NCBI RefSeq assembly: GCF_032191835.1
Contig: NC_083239.1
Location: 13,640,001 to 13,704,000 of the forward strand
DNA length: 64,000 nt
Reading direction: 5' to 3'
Origin: Heteronotia binoei
Lineage: Eukaryota
In this document: piece after piece, positions 13,341 through 28,078 of the stretch
Position numbering within the stretch: position 1 is the stretch's first letter
How the letters are laid out: each line of letters starts with the position of its first letter
Notes under the pieces: generated by a model
Seen by the model: the letters and a program-made list of their open reading frames with translations, nothing else
Databases searched by the model: none
Told to the model about the DNA's origin: nothing
Position numbers and translations under genes: made by a program

Positions 13341-13875
13341 CATCTGCTTATTGGAGACCCTCCAATAAGGCATATATTAAAACCATTTAAAACTATTGTA
13401 ATAACATTAAAAGTGCTATATTGGTGATGGCAGTGCAGCAGATCTTCTTCAGGTATTAAATGTTCATATTCTTCAAATACATATTGGTTCAGCTGCCTGC
13501 ATAAGTCATTTGCTAAGGTGACCAACACAGTTTCTGTCCGATGGTTTGGGCAGAAGCTCGAATGGAACAGGTCTATGTGTCCTCCAGGAAATCCTGTAGC
13601 TGCTCAGCTACTGTTCTCTCAATTACCTTGCCCAGAAACAATAAATTTGAGACTCGGCAATAATTGACTGCCTCTAAGGCTCCAGAGAAGATTTTTTTCA
13701 GGAGCGAAAATGGCCTGGTGGAAATCCTTGGGGAATGATGGCTTCCCTGCTAGTTATGGACTGCTTGAAGCACTTGCTTCTTGGGGGGCTGGGGGGGGGG
13801 AGCGGGGGAGGAGGTTAAGAACCTGGATTCAGTTTGGACCTAGTAGTTTCCCCTACAAAGGAAAAGGATGCCTAG

Positions 13876-14184
<309 letters not shown>

Positions 14185-14814
14185 TAAGGTTATATGAAGC
14201 CTGAGATATTTGTGTGTATCAGGGAGATCTGTGTGTATTCCCCCCCCCCCCTCCAGAGAGCACAAATTCAAGCTGTTCCAGCTAGCCCTCTCTCCGTCTC
14301 ATTCTAAGTACAGGGGTGCTGGGCTGGACCCGGATGGGAATGAACTCTTTCCTACACTGATATGTTTCTAGCTTCCCCCCCCACACACACACTTATTCTA
14401 CAATCCAGCCTAACTGGATTATTTTGTTTTACTAGGAATTTTTGCTGGTTGATTACAAGGTATGATAAGAGTTTGAATCTGCTCAGTGATTGACTGAAAA
14501 GGATTTTTAAATCATACTTGTAATCTGCCTTTATTATTACTATAGTGGTAGTAACAATAATAGGGCTAGGTTCCTGTGCCTTGACAAGCTAATTTGCTGT
14601 ATCCAGGACACTTCCCCCCCTCTATGAGGAAGTGGAAGAATGTGGATCCCACTGAACTCTTCACTTAAGTGATGGACCTCAGGAGGAAGGACTTGAGCAT
14701 TTTTTTGCATGATTTAAATTGACTCCAGCCCTTCTTTAAACACTTATTTAGCCAACTGAATGCAATTTCAAATTGTGTTCTGAAACACAGTTTCCAGAAG
14801 CTTGCCTGCTATAA

Positions 14815-14997
<183 letters not shown>

Positions 14998-15395
14998 TAA
15001 GCATGCCATTCAGAACTGGCATCCTTCATGTCCCTGATATTTTTCAACTTAAAACAAAGTGTGAATCTGTGACCCTGATCGATGCAGGAACTACTGTTGC
15101 ACTGTATGACAGGGAAGCACATGTTGTACCTTTCGAGAAAAGAGAACTGGTGTCCCGAGATCTGCATTCTGTGCCCATGAATGCATTGCACCTGTTAAGT
15201 ACTATCGTTCATTCATAAAGCATCGGTTTTTGGAGTGCGATACTGGCCAGAGCAATGGTTGTCATGAGCAGCTCATCTTTGACTATTGAAATGTCATATA
15301 GCATAGACCATCAGCCTTCAATGTGACCTTTTAAAACTTGTTTAGAAGATAAAAAAATTGAGATATCAAAACTGGCATCTAATCGCATACCTTGT

Positions 15396-15969
15396 CAGGG
15401 CCATAGCCAGCAGCAGGGCATAAGGGGTGATGCCCCCTCTCAAATTAGGGGTGCCCCTATCCGCAGCCTGCTGCAATGGGCAAATTGTGATGCTGCTGCA
15501 GTGTGATTCCAGAGAGAGGATTTAAAGTTTAAACCCCCCTCTCTGCTCAGTTGGCTGGCAGGGGAGGAGAGTGGGTAGCCATGTGGCCTCTATTGCTGGC
15601 TGCCAAGTCTTCCTGCTAGCAAGCAGGGACAAGAATTGCCCAGCTGACAGTGAAGCTGGCTCATTGCCTCCCTCCCCTCACCAGGTGTTCTGAAGACCCA
15701 ACAAGGAAAAGGGGGTGGTGATCACCATCTGCCTGGCCTCCTTGTTGCTGGCCGCTGAGTCTTCTTATTGCTAGCAAGCAGCTGGAAGACTCAAAGTCAG
15801 CAGGCAACAAGATGCAGACTCTCCCTCCTCTTGGCTGTGTCTTCAGAAGACCCAGCAAGCAGAGGGGGTGGCAACTGTACAGCCTCCTTGCTGCTGGCGG
15901 AGACAAGTTTTCCTACTGGCAGCCCCCCTGGGGCCCCTGAGGATTAAAAAAATCATGGCTACGGGCCTG
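15396..15969. mobile_element. hAT-type MITE with exact 8-bp TSD
   Basis: TIRs cagggccatagcca / tggctacgggcctg; TSD TACCTTGT at 15388-15395 and 15970-15977. Confidence 0.88.
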
Positions 15970-16236
15970 TACCTTGTACTTGTAAAAGCATAAAGGCAAA
16001 CAGTCATGATTATAAAGGCTTAAGCAAGCATTTGTGGCTAGAATGGGTGAGAGGAGGGCTTGTACAGTCCCAGTTCTAAGTACTTCTTCCCTTCCAGTTG
16101 CTAGTACTGTTCTCTTCTCACCACAATTGCTACTCCTGCAATATATTGCCCTCATTCTTTGCAGTGATAGAATAGTCCCTTGAGAGCTTGTTCTGAATAC
16201 ACTATCCCAATAATCCTTGGGGCTGAACTAGAATGA

Positions 16237-16554
<318 letters not shown>

Positions 16555-16916
16555 TGATTAACTTCTTTTTGTCTTCTTCACTGAAGTGCAGTTTAACTGT
16601 GCATCTTTCTTTTTTCTGCACTTTGATTGTGAACTGGCAGACTTTCTAGGCAAACTTTCTCTCTAGCATAAAAATGTGCATGGGTACCATATAAATATGA
16701 AGATGCAGAAATCATAGTAGCTGCAAGCCTCATACAAACCCTCCTGCTTCCTTAGCTAATACCACTGACATCCACTGTCTGCCAGAGGTCACTTCAGAGT
16801 AGGACAGAAGGAGCAAGCATCATTCATGATGGTCTGGGCCCCAGATTTGCTGCAACACCTGGGGATATGCCATGGGTTGGGGTTCAGTTGGCTTACTTCT
16901 CAGTGTGTGGTGCTGC

Positions 16917-17070
16917 CTTTGGAAAGATGTGGAAGTCTTATCTGCGCCTTCTCAGGCTCAGCTCACAGAAGGGAGTCGGAGTCTACTACGATCAAGGCCA
17001 CTCAAGCCTGAGAACGAGTTGGTAACATCAGTGTGTGAATGTGCCCTGCATAATCCTCCCCCCTTAGGAA
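16917..17070 (+). repeat. Inverted partial copy of the interior of the 17491-17905 LTR
   Basis: Reverse complement of ~17630-17782 with few mismatches. Confidence 0.9.
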
Positions 17071-17490
17071 TCTTTGGGTAGGAGATCTGAGCATGTGGTA
17101 AAAACCAAAGGCTGCTTATCTGAGGCAGAGAAGCAGAATACATAAAGGAGCAGATCTGACTGAGTGGCTGAGCGCCAGCTGCTGCCTATTGCTGCCCTTC
17201 TCCACTGTTCTGCCAGCTTGGCTGCCATCCATTCCTCCTTCTATGGTGAGTCCTGCCAGGGTCCTCTGCGCTGCCTTAAACCACTGCAGAATAAGGCCCG
17301 CTGTGCCTTAGTATACTGAAGGAATCGGGCAACAGTTTCTCTGGAAATTTCTCCACCTTCCCCAGTGGGTTTTGAGGGGTTTATGGAATCTATTTCATTG
17401 GACTGGATTTTTCGTTGCTTTGATGCAGCCCAGGCCTAGAGAGGGAAGGAGTGACCAAAGCCACAAGAGTCACATGGGAGGCTGACTAGA

Positions 17491-17905
17491 TGTCAAGTCG
17501 GCAGATTCAGTGACAGTCGTTGATACAAAGAAACTACTTTATTGATACTGTTACTTGAGGCTAGGCCAACATTGAAAGACTAAAGAATAACCTGTAAATG
17601 CATGGCATATATGGGGCACTTCAAAGGGATTCCTAAGGGGGGAGGATTATGCAGGGCACATTCACACATTGATGTTACCAATTCGTTCTCAGGCATGAGT
17701 GGCCTTGATTGTAGTAGACTCCGACTCCCTTCTGTGAGCCGAGCCTGAGAAGGCGCAGATAAGACTTTCACATCTTTCCATTTCAAAACAAGGACACTCA
17801 CTAAAGGAGGGGGGTAGGGAAGGTACAAGCTAGCAGCATTTGAATACACTTTAGTTCTACCCAGAATGCTCTCTGACTGAGCCAGAGTTACAGACAGACT
17901 TGACA
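17491..17905 (-). mobile_element. Solo LTR, 415 bp, exact 5-bp TSD
   Basis: TGTCAAGTC...GACTTGACA termini; TSD CTAGA at 17486-17490 and 17906-17910; AATAAA on the minus strand near 17538. Confidence 0.88.
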
Positions 17906-18344
17906 CTAGAGAGAAAGAATGGGTCTGTTCCTGCTCTGAGAGGGCAGGCAGGTGAGGGAGTCTGTGCTAGGATCTGTTATGAATGGGTGTGGGGTTTGCC
18001 CAAAGTGGAAAAGCAGCTGTGTAGGAAGGAAGGGATTGGACTGGAAGGTTGGCGACTGGATATTTAATCCCTTTGGGAGCGGTGGAGGGCAGTATATGGG
18101 AAATTGTGAGTAGGATGCCCAGCTTGTCTTCATTCTATACTTGTTGGATTTGGTCATCTAGTTCTGGTGATCTGTATTTTCTTCTCTCCCTTTCCCCATT
18201 CGTGCTTTGTCTGGATGATCTGCGAAGGTGACGCTGATCCACTCTGCTTCTTGTGCTTTCCAGGAAGCTGAATTTTTTAATGTGCCTAATAATGTTTTTT
18301 AATAACATTTTTAATGTGCCTAGTAACACTCCTTAAAGCAGGCC

Positions 18345-19050
18345 TTTCAGTGAGCCATGGTTAGATCTCACCTACAGCATTGTGTTCAGTTTTGGGCACC
18401 ACAATTTAAGAAGGATACAGGCCAGCTGGAGCGTGTTCACAGGAGGGCAACAAAAATGGTGAGGGGTCTGGAGACCAAGTCCTATGAGGAAAGGTTGAAA
18501 GAGTTGGGTATGTTTAGCCTGGAGAGGAGACAACGGAGAGGTGACATGATAACCATCTTCAAGTACTTGAAGGGCTGTCATATAGAGGATGTTGCAAAGT
18601 TATTTTCTGCTGCCTCAGAAGGCCGGACCAGAATCAGTGGGTTGAAATTGAATCAGAAGATTTTTTGACTAAACATTAAGAAGAACTTCCTGACAGAACA
18701 GTTCCTCGGTAGAACAAGTTTCCTTGGGAGGTGGTGGGCTCTCAGGCTTTGGAGGTTTTCAAATAGGCAAGTGGCCATCTGATAGGAATAGTTGCTTCAG
18801 TATTTAGTTTTCATGGCCCCTTCTTATATGCCCGGGGAAATGCTGTTCACCACTTTAGGGTCAGGCAGCAATTTTTCTCCAGGCCATTTTCCAGGGATAC
18901 TGGAGGTTTTTGTGTTTTTGGTTTTTTTGCCATCTTCTGGGTGTGGAGTAGGTGTCATTGGGTGTGTATGGGGAGAGGTATTTGTAAATTTCCTGCATTG
19001 TTCAGGGGGTTGGACTAGATAACTCTGGAGGTCCCTTCCAGCTGAATGAT
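18345..19050 (+). mobile_element. CR1 LINE 3' end (RT C-terminus plus 3'UTR)
   Basis: ORF 18357-18668 HCVQFWAPQFKKD..LERVHRRATKMVRGLE..YEERLKELGMFSLE..RRGDMI; CR1-type tail near 19010-19050. Confidence 0.9.
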
Positions 19051-22000
19051 TCTAACTTTGCAGTGTCCTGTGAAGGGTAAAGTCAAGGTCAGTTTTTGCC
19101 ACCAGGTACAACTCAGCAGTCTTGTTCTCTCACTATGCAACCTCCCTGCCATGATATGCACCAGTCTGCTCTTCCAAAACTTGCAGTATCTGTACAGCAC
19201 AGTTTCAGAGTAAGTGAATACCATCTTCAGATTGCGTAGCAGGTTTTCAGTGGAAAATGCCTCTAGAAACAGGCTTGAGGAAAACACAGTGGAACTTTTA
19301 TTTCAGTAGGGCACAAAAGGACATATAGTAGTGGGGGAGGCATAGAGCAAAGCAACATGGGAAACCAAGGAAGAATGAAACACTGAGTGGAAGAGGAGGA
19401 GAACAAAGTTAAAAGAAGATGGGAGGGAGAAAGTGGGGTGAGGGGAGTGATGTAGGCCAAGAGGAATGACCACTGGCAGAACTGAGATTTAGTTGTTGAA
19501 GGACTTTGTTCTGGGAGGCTGCATTTGTTCCTTCTCCCTTCGTAAGTCAGTTTTCTTTAGTGTGACGAAAGAGCTTTTTCCCAGTATGAGCTTTTGACAA
19601 TAGATGCTGGTTTAGTTAACAGGGCGATGCTGTTGTCTTTCCCCCTCCTTCCAAACTGTAATTTGCAAAGCCTCTCTAAGCCCAGATTCTTTCCGGGACA
19701 GGGAGCACACAGCTAGGAATGTGCGCATTTAGGCCACAGTTCTTTGTGGTTTAGCAATTCATGTAAAGTAGGTGGCGCCAGTGAGCTATGCGAGCATAGG
19801 AACACTCAAGTCTCCGGCACATAAATTGGCTGGTCTTAAAATGCATCACCTTATAAAGAAGTCCACTGTGAGTTGGCACAGAGCAGTTGCTGAGTGGGTT
19901 TTGGTGCCTGGTCTCTTGTCACGTCTACGCGCTTTATGTGGTATGTAGAAAACCACTACATGGTAATTTTTATGCAATTAAATTTTACAAGGGAGCAGAT
20001 GCAAACATCTTTGAGCTGTATGTACAAATGCATACTTTCTCCATTACATCTACTATAAATGGCTAAAGGTTGGTTTTGTGCCCCCTCCCTGACTTCATCC
20101 CCAAGCCATTCACTTCCTCACCAAATGAATGAAGGTCGGCTGTGCACTTAGGAACCTGAACATTTGCCCTGGTGATATGAGGGAGGTCAGGGTTTGTGTG
20201 TGTGTGTGCACGTGTGCAGTCTTAACTAACCATAGATCTCTGCGGGAACCATGAAACAAGGCCAGTGTCAGCATACCCTGAAGTTGTGCAGTTGCCAGGG
20301 CCCACTGCTATTGATCCTTTGGTGTAAACTCTTGCTAGCAACCCATTCTCTCAGCTGCACACACTACTGTGCCATTGCCACTGGGGAAAGAGCTGAAGGC
20401 AGTCAGGCACCTGTGAGCATGGGCGGTGGAGGGAATTTCAAGTTGGCAGGGAAAGGATGTACAGGTGGATGAGGGGCATGCAGTTGGGAGGGAGAGTGTA
20501 AACAGGGGGTCTGATGGTGGGGGAAGGAAGGCCTCGGAACTCTCTGTCTAGGGCCTACCAAAACCTGGAAGTGGCTCCACAAGAACTCCCTCTGCCCTAT
20601 CTGTGCATCCTGGTACATTAAATGTGTAAGGTGAGACTGATGGAACTCGGGCTGGCTTTCTGGTGTATGAATGAGATGCCTATTTGCAGAGGGAGGGCTT
20701 GGGTATAACAAGGCATGGGATGCTATAGGTGCTTGCAAACATACCCAGGCCATGTTGTTTATAGGACAAGAATCATTTATAGGGCAGAGCCATTCAGAGT
20801 TAGGGGTAGGAATCAGATCTTCTTTTTCTCCTACCTTATTCCCAGATACAGGCTTGAAATCCAAAGATGCTCTTTTGTCCATGCAGCAGCAGTTCTTCTG
20901 ATGGAAAGATTTTCTATCTGTGGAAGACAGGAGGCAGAGTTTCCTTATTCTACCCCACCACCACTCACACATTCTGCAGTTCCCAGTTAGCTTCCCATGG
21001 TGTCCCTTTGGGGTCCACTGACCTGCCATGAGAGGGGAGAGATACAGAAGTCACTTCACTCTAGCATGACTTCATTTGAGCTGTGTAGGATCTAAGCTGT
21101 GGTGCCCTGCTTCTTCTGCAAGAATGAATGGAGACATTTGGTAAGGACACCTTCTGTATTGGGTGGGGAACTAGCCTCTGGCCATCCCAGGATGGTAGTG
21201 GAAAGAAGTAGGCTTTTCTGCTTCAGCTGTATCACAAAGTGCAAACCATCTTACTCCATCCTGTGGAATGCAGAATGTTGGCAGTTGATGTGTTTGATTT
21301 ATGGTTGTATTTGCATGTGAACACACATGCACATAATCCCATGACATTCCAGAGAAAAGGGGGGAGGGCACTTGGCCCTATTCACTCCATCCAGTTCTCT
21401 AAGCAGTTTTTCCCTCCTTCCTTCTTAGTCTTTTTTTCCCCTGCCATCCCTTTTTCCTGTCCTTAGGATTGTTTTAGAGCCAGCCTGCCTCCCCAGCCTT
21501 CTCCCACATCATTGCTCTTTATGCTACCCAGCCTGCCTCACCACATGCTGCATTGCAGCCGCTCTAGCTACATAGCCCCATGCTATCTAATGCTGCCCCC
21601 TCCCAAGGGAACACAGCAATGGCGGCTGGAAAAAAAACCCCGCTGCCTGTTTCTTCCTGATCTAAAGAGCCAAGAACGCAATCTGTGTAATACCTTTTAT
21701 TAGGACCAGCCCAGTGCCAAATAACATTGGCTTTGGGCTGGTGCTAATAAGCTTTCAAGTTTCCCTAGAACGGCCACATGTTTTACATTTAGCCTGATGA
21801 AGAGTTCTAGGGAACTCAAAAGTCTGTATACCAATATGTGTCATTGTGCTGGTCCCTAACAGAAGGTATTAATATGGATTGTGTTCTTGGTTTTTTGGAT
21901 CTTTTTGGTCCAACATAGATATAATTTGTCTTCCACATCTGCTGATCAAAAGCATTGGGCTTTTTTTGTCACACTTGATCCGCCAAGCATGAACAAAGTG

Positions 22001-23436
22001 ATAATGGTGAGGAAGGAATGGTATAGATTTCTATTTTTTGTATTGGTTTTAAATTTGTGTGCATGTATAGCAGGCAAGGTAATTATTATAGTAAACTATT
22101 GAAGGATTTTCTGTAGCATGTAGCTTATTAAATATTTGCAGGAATATCTTCTGTTTGATCATTTTCTCTATGAAGGAAGGGTTGGGTAGTATTGCAGGAT
22201 GGTCTTTAATTAACAGACCTGCTTAAATCACCTTGGGTCTGCTTCCTGTTGCATATACTTGATGGATTACAAAAACATGCATGCATAAATGTGATTTGGT
22301 ATTTTCTGAATCCCAGTTTCAGCAACTCAAATTTATGTGTGTTTGGTATAGTGCAGAGCACGTCCATGTGGGAATACCTCTTCCTTGTATCCAATACTTC
22401 TTCCATGGAGCTCAAGGTAGCACAGGTGGATGTCCCATTTTATCTTCACAACAGGTCCTGTGAGGTAGGTTAGTATGGGAGGGATTGACTGGCTCAAGCT
22501 AGATGGAGAACTTCATAGGTGGGTTTGAACCTTGGTCCATGCTTTGTCCAGCTTTGCACTGCCTCTCAGTATGGTCAAGGTTAAAAAATATAATCCTTCA
22601 GATTAGGATTTTTAAAAACCCTCTGTGTACTATTAACATAATCTGTGCAAGATCTCCTGAAGGTGCCGCCCTGCAAGAAGGTTCTCTGATTTGTCTCCCA
22701 TCTGATGGAATGGCCTGCCTAAAAGAGGTCAGAAAGGCTCTCACACTCTTCTTGTTCTGCAGCATATGTAAAATGGAACTATTTGGGAGGGCACTGTTTA
22801 TAAAAGGTTGTTGTTTCAGTGTCTGAAAATTTGAGGGTAAAGAAAAACTGACTTGTACCCAGCAATGTGCCAACTGAACAAAAATGGAAAGAATGCCAGG
22901 AGATAGATGACTTTTTTATTGTTGTACAAAGTCCCTACATGTTTTGCCGTGCTGGCTTCGTAAGGGGAATCTATAAAAACATGTTTATATATTTATCACA
23001 AGTAGAGAAAGACCCCTTGATAAAAAGTTACTCCAAAGTTATTTAAAATAGTATTAAAAAGGTAGGATCAAAATTAATTTCCAAAAATATGAGATCAATA
23101 TATGAGATCAGTAAACTGTACATTGGACATGATGGTATATTGATCAGTATTTTATCTATTTTTGGAAATTACTTTTGATCCTGTCAATTTAAATACTATT
23201 TTTAATAACAGTGGAGTAACTTTCATCAAGGGGTATTTCTATTACGTGTATTAAATAAATAATTATGCTTTTATAGAAGATTTCCCCCAACAAAGCCTGC
23301 AGGGCGAAACATGTAGGGACTTGGTATAAATAGATCAGCTGTCTATCACCTGGCATTTTTTCCTTTTTGTCCTGTTGAAAACTTTGAAGCAGTTTTTTGT
23401 CGCATGCTTTTTGTTGGATATATTGCACTGTTTTTA

Positions 23437-23597
23437 GTGGCGGTGAAAAGTATCTTGTGGCAACCCTGTAGGGTTGTCACGGCAAAAATTGAGCAGAGGT
23501 GGTTTGTCTCTGCATAGCAACCTTGGACTTCCTTGGTGGTCTCCCATCCAGCTTCCGAGCTGTGATGAGAGGAGGCTAGCCTGGGCAATCAGGGTAT
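23437..23597 (-). mobile_element. 5S rRNA-derived SINE copy
   Basis: ggtggtctcccatcc is the reverse complement of a 5S internal-promoter segment; similar to the 28300 copy. Confidence 0.55.
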
Positions 23598-23850
23598 GGT
23601 TTCTATTGATGTTCTCTAGGATCATATTGCAGTTTTCAAATAATCATCCGTCCTTTAAAAACATTCAAATGCATAGTTCTCCTAGAAATGCCATGAATGT
23701 ACGACATAATACATTTTAACCTACGCTGCATTCAGTTGGTGAAAATGGTAGTGTTTTGTGTAATTTTTTAATACCTGTTTCTCCTTGCCTTAGCCATAAT
23801 GCCGGTGATTCAGATGACAGTTTCATATGTTTGCTCTTTGTTTCCTACAG

Positions 23851-24045
23851 GTGGTGGGCAGCATGGATGCCCATCCCAGCCGATACTGTGCAACAGTGCG
23901 GGTGCAGCGACCCCGCCAGGAAATCATTGAGGACTTGTCATACATGGTGAGAGAGCTCCTCATCCAGTTTTACAAATCCACACGCTTCAAGCCCACCCGC
24001 ATCATCTTCTATCGCGATGGAGTGCCAGAGGGACAGCTTCCACAG
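23851..24045 (+). CDS. AGO1: AGO1 coding exon 15 ([20 protein letters not shown]...[11 protein letters not shown])
   Basis: ctacag|gtg acceptor and cag|gtgagc donor; 195 bp; [10 protein letters not shown] is AGO1-specific. Confidence 0.97.
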
Positions 24046-26038
24046 GTGAGCAGCTGCCCTCTTCTCCGTAGTGTCAACAACACACAAAGGTTGCTGCAGC
24101 AGAAGGCTCTGGACTCCGTTGTGTTAATGGAGAAAGGGTTTGTAGAAGCTATGGCCAGTGGGACTGTGAGGCTATTGAAGCAGTGAGTGATTAGTGCTTG
24201 CATATCCCTGTAAAAGACTGGAGAGGCCATCTGGCACATCAATACAGAAAGCACTTTCATGACCTCCTGTTCCAGGATGTACCTGTATAGCAGTTACTGT
24301 CCTGTGACCAGGGCTTGGTATATATCCCCTGGTGCAAATATGTGAAATTGGCTTTTGCCCATTTGTAGATTACTCTTGAGGTGGCACTGGCATTGTGGAA
24401 ACCCTTTCTGCTCTTTCATGGATGGCATAGAATCAGAGTTCATTTAGGAGGGCTTTTAATTGAAAACTTAGGTTCTGTTGTGGATAGCGGCTGTTAGCTT
24501 GCTTGGCTGCTCGTTTCATTGGGCTTTTTTGTATTGTTTTTCCAGTAGTCTTTCCAGGTCATTGTGTGTTCTGTTTAATTGTAATCTGCTTCATTAATAA
24601 GAAAGCGGCTGATTAGGAAGAAAATGGCTTAAGTTTTGCAAAAAGCATGTGAATGAGCAAACGAAAATCCTTAGGTAGGACTGAGTAGGGAGAGTAAGGT
24701 TGACAAGGGTATCTTTGTTTTTTGTTTTTTAAATTGGCAATTTTTATGTACTATAATACAAACCAAAACACAAGAAAAGATTAAGTGAATCCTGTCTGTA
24801 AAGCTGACTTTCTTTCAGGTACATGCGGCTGAAACTCGAACCAATATCTGTGAGGCAGAGAGCCAAACGTTTTCCATTTTAAAAAAACCCTGTTTTGATT
24901 CCAATGCTGTGAGTCTCTACCTGTGGCAAATCACTTTAAGGCATTACAAGTTTCCAGTTGTATTTGGCAAGAAAGAATCACCATTGGATGGGCCCTTGCC
25001 CCTCTTGATGGCAAGGAAGCCAATCCAAGAGGGGAGAGAGCAAGAATTTACCTCAAAGATGGCTGGCTTTGCTTACAAGCCTTGCCTCTTTCCTGACTCA
25101 GGGCCTGGTAATGAGAAGGCTGAGACAGGTGCAGTGGGCTTAAGGCAGGGAACCACTGCCAAGGCACTTCTTAGCATAGGAATTCCCCTTATTCAACCTT
25201 GTCCCCGGTGATTTCCAAGGCCTGCCCTCTTGCTGCTTGTGCGGTGCTTCTGACTGAATCATAAGATGTTCTTCTAGGTTGGTTGACCACCCACAAGTCA
25301 CTTGATGCTCTGGTAGGCAAACTTCATCTCACTGAGGCACGTGTCGCTCTCAACTGTTTTATGATGGGGAAATGTCCACTGTTGTCCACCGTAGGCTTTG
25401 ACTGGTCTCCTTAAGAATCAGGACTTACCCTGCAGGTGGTCACTGAGCAGGATCTAGGCTTCCGGAGCTGTCATGGTCTGGAGCACAGTAGCAGACAGGC
25501 AGTGGTTGTGGTCTTGCGAAGTGGATGATCCAGGAAGAGTGTCTTTCCAGGCTCCAGCTTAAGTCATCATGGGATATAATTGAGTTCAGCTGACAGGTGC
25601 TAGAGTTCCTGCGGTGGCTCTGCACAGTGACCTGGCTCCTGCAGGGACTCACCCTCAGTGCACTGTTATACCCTGGTGTTGTGTGCAACCTCCTTTGTGT
25701 TACTTTGGCCTGGGCCCACCAGCATCCCTGCAGACTGGAAGAGAGTCCTGGGAGTCTACAGGGCTAGGCTCAAGTCCTGCAGGGCAGATGCCTGAAGACT
25801 ATCTCTGGGGCTGATGGAGAGGTTTCCCTTGTAGGCTCTGCCAAGACAGCCTCTGGTGTTGAGGTGACGTCATCTGCAAGTGATTCTGCAGCACTGGTCC
25901 TTTCCTGGTCCCTCTAGTCCTTCAGAGTCGCTGACCTTGGGCTCCTCCTTTAGGAATTCTGAATATGAATCACTGAGTGAGCTGCAGTGAGTCATGACAG
26001 CCATAGTGTTTCTTTCCTCTTGTGGCTCTGATACCTTA

Positions 26039-26518
26039 ATAATAATAATAATACTTTTTATTTATATCCCTCCCTCCCCGCCAGGGCAGGCTCAGGGCGG
26101 CTCACAACATAATAATACAATATACAATAAAACCATACATAATAAGTACAATCACAATTATAAAATCAGCATTAAAACATCAACAACTTACATTAAAATT
26201 AACATTGTGGTGCTATAACTTAGGTCTTTAGTAAATTCAGTGACTAAAATAATGACTCAGCATTAGGTGAAGGCCATTTTGAAGAGGTAGGTCTTACAGT
26301 CCCTGCGGAATTGGTCTAAACATCGCAGGGCCCGTACCTCCTCCGGGAGTTGGTTCCACAGCAGTGGGGCTACAATGGAGAAGGCCCGATCCCGGGTGGT
26401 CTTCAATCTGGCCTCCTTGGCCCAGGGATATTCAGCTGGTTCTTTCCAGCTGACCTCAGCGCTCTCTGGGGTTCGTATGGGGAGAGACGGTCCCTCAGGT
26501 AGGCAGGACCTCGGCCAT
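26039..26518 (-). mobile_element. 5'-truncated L2 LINE with 7-bp TSD
   Basis: (AAT)n tail and L2 3' motifs; TSD TACCTTA at 26032-26038 and 26519-26525. Confidence 0.75.
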
Positions 26519-26931
26519 TACCTTACTCCAGCAATGCCACCTGGTCAGGAGAAACCTGCACTACCTCCAGAGTAAGTGATGCCGTTCCTGAGGGGAAAGA
26601 TATCTGGGGCCTCCTGCAAAAACAGTATGGTGGGCAAGGTGTTAGCCCTTTGGACAAGCACAGCATCTTAACGTCCAAGGATGGGCTCATGCACCCTTGC
26701 CTTTTGGAAACTCAGTAGGCACCTGCAGTGAGAGTTGGATTTCTGAAATTGCAGCTTGCCAATCAGGGGATCTCTTCCAACAGTCAGGGGGATCTTTTGA
26801 GGGGAAAGGGGGTAGATGTCAGTTGAACTGTGATATATTAGGTCCTCCTGTTCTGACGCAGCGGTCTTGGCATGACCTCCTCCTTGTTCTTTCCTCTTTC
26901 CTTTCCAAGTGTTGTGGTTGCTTTCTCCTAG

Positions 26932-27066
26932 ATTCTTCATTATGAACTCCTCGCCATCCGCGATGCCTGCATCAAACTGGAGAAGGATTATCAGCCGGGC
27001 ATCACTTACATTGTCGTTCAGAAACGGCATCACACTCGCCTCTTCTGTGCAGATAAAAACGAGAGG
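26932..27066 (+). CDS. AGO1: AGO1 coding exon 16 ([45 protein letters not shown])
   Basis: cctag|att acceptor and agg|gtgagc donor; 135 bp. Confidence 0.96.
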
Positions 27067-27976
27067 GTGAGCTTCAGCAACAGCCATGTTCTTTAAATTG
27101 GGTCTTTCATCAAGCAGACCTTGCTAGACATGTTGCTCTGAGGACTGGTTTTGCCCGAATGATCATGATAGATCAAATAGAGAGGCCTGAAGGGGATTGT
27201 AAGCAAAAGGCTCAAGGGATTTATCCCTCCCCCCCCCCCCAAAAAAGCTGCAAATCAAAGCAAAAGAGACATTGGAACAAATTCCATGTAGGTGCTTTGC
27301 CTTTGCAACTGCATGGCACAAATGCAGAATTTGAATTGGGTGTGCAAGTTCAAGATCCTCAGTCTTGGCTTTCTGCTTGCCTGTGTTTCTAATCCTTATG
27401 AATGCAGAGATTAGCTTGAAAACATTTGAGGTGTTCCTGGTGAAACCTCAAGAGTGAGAGCTGATCAGTGTGAAGGGTGGAACCTGCTTTGAACAGGCAT
27501 CATCTTTCCTTGTGATCAGCAGAAGAGTAAATTATGCTGATCCACATCATGTGATCAGGTTAGGAGAATAGGCTTTCTTCAGTGCGGAATTCCACACACC
27601 CTCTCCATATCGGAGAGGAGAGGAGAGCCCTGAGAAACTTTTCTGTGGTCTCCTGCTTGAAGATCAGTGAGTCGGGTTCCTTCCCTTCCCTTCTCTTCCA
27701 ACTCCAATTCACACAGTGACTGTCTAAGCACTTGAAGTGACCTAAAGGGTGGTTAATCCCAGGATCACATCAACAAGTTTAAGATAATTTGAAGCTAATA
27801 GTACTGTGTTCTGCATGCAGCTTGTCTGGGACATTGAAGAGACAATTTGATGGAAAACGTGTAGACAGAACTTCTACTCTGCAGGATCCAATGTATCCCA
27901 AGCTTCTGATGTTGCTAAGGACTGGTCCTTGATTTTATTTATTTATGTCTTGTTTTCTTCTTGTTAACCTGTACAG

Positions 27977-28078
27977 ATTGGCAAAAGTGGGAACATCCCA
28001 GCAGGAACAACAGTGGACACAAACATCACTCATCCCTTCGAGTTTGACTTCTATCTTTGCAGTCACGCTGGCATTCAG
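27977..28078 (+). CDS. AGO1: AGO1 coding exon 17 ([34 protein letters not shown])
   Basis: tacag|att acceptor and cag|gtacca donor; 102 bp. Confidence 0.96.

Noticed and set aside
19765-19778. Second CTCF-like motif (aaagtaggtggcgc)
   Set aside because: Lacks the conserved 5' CCA of the core; too weak without a scan or ChIP data
20403-21029. 208-aa minus-strand ORF in intron 14
   Set aside because: No recognisable motifs or splice structure; length is compatible with chance in 64 kb
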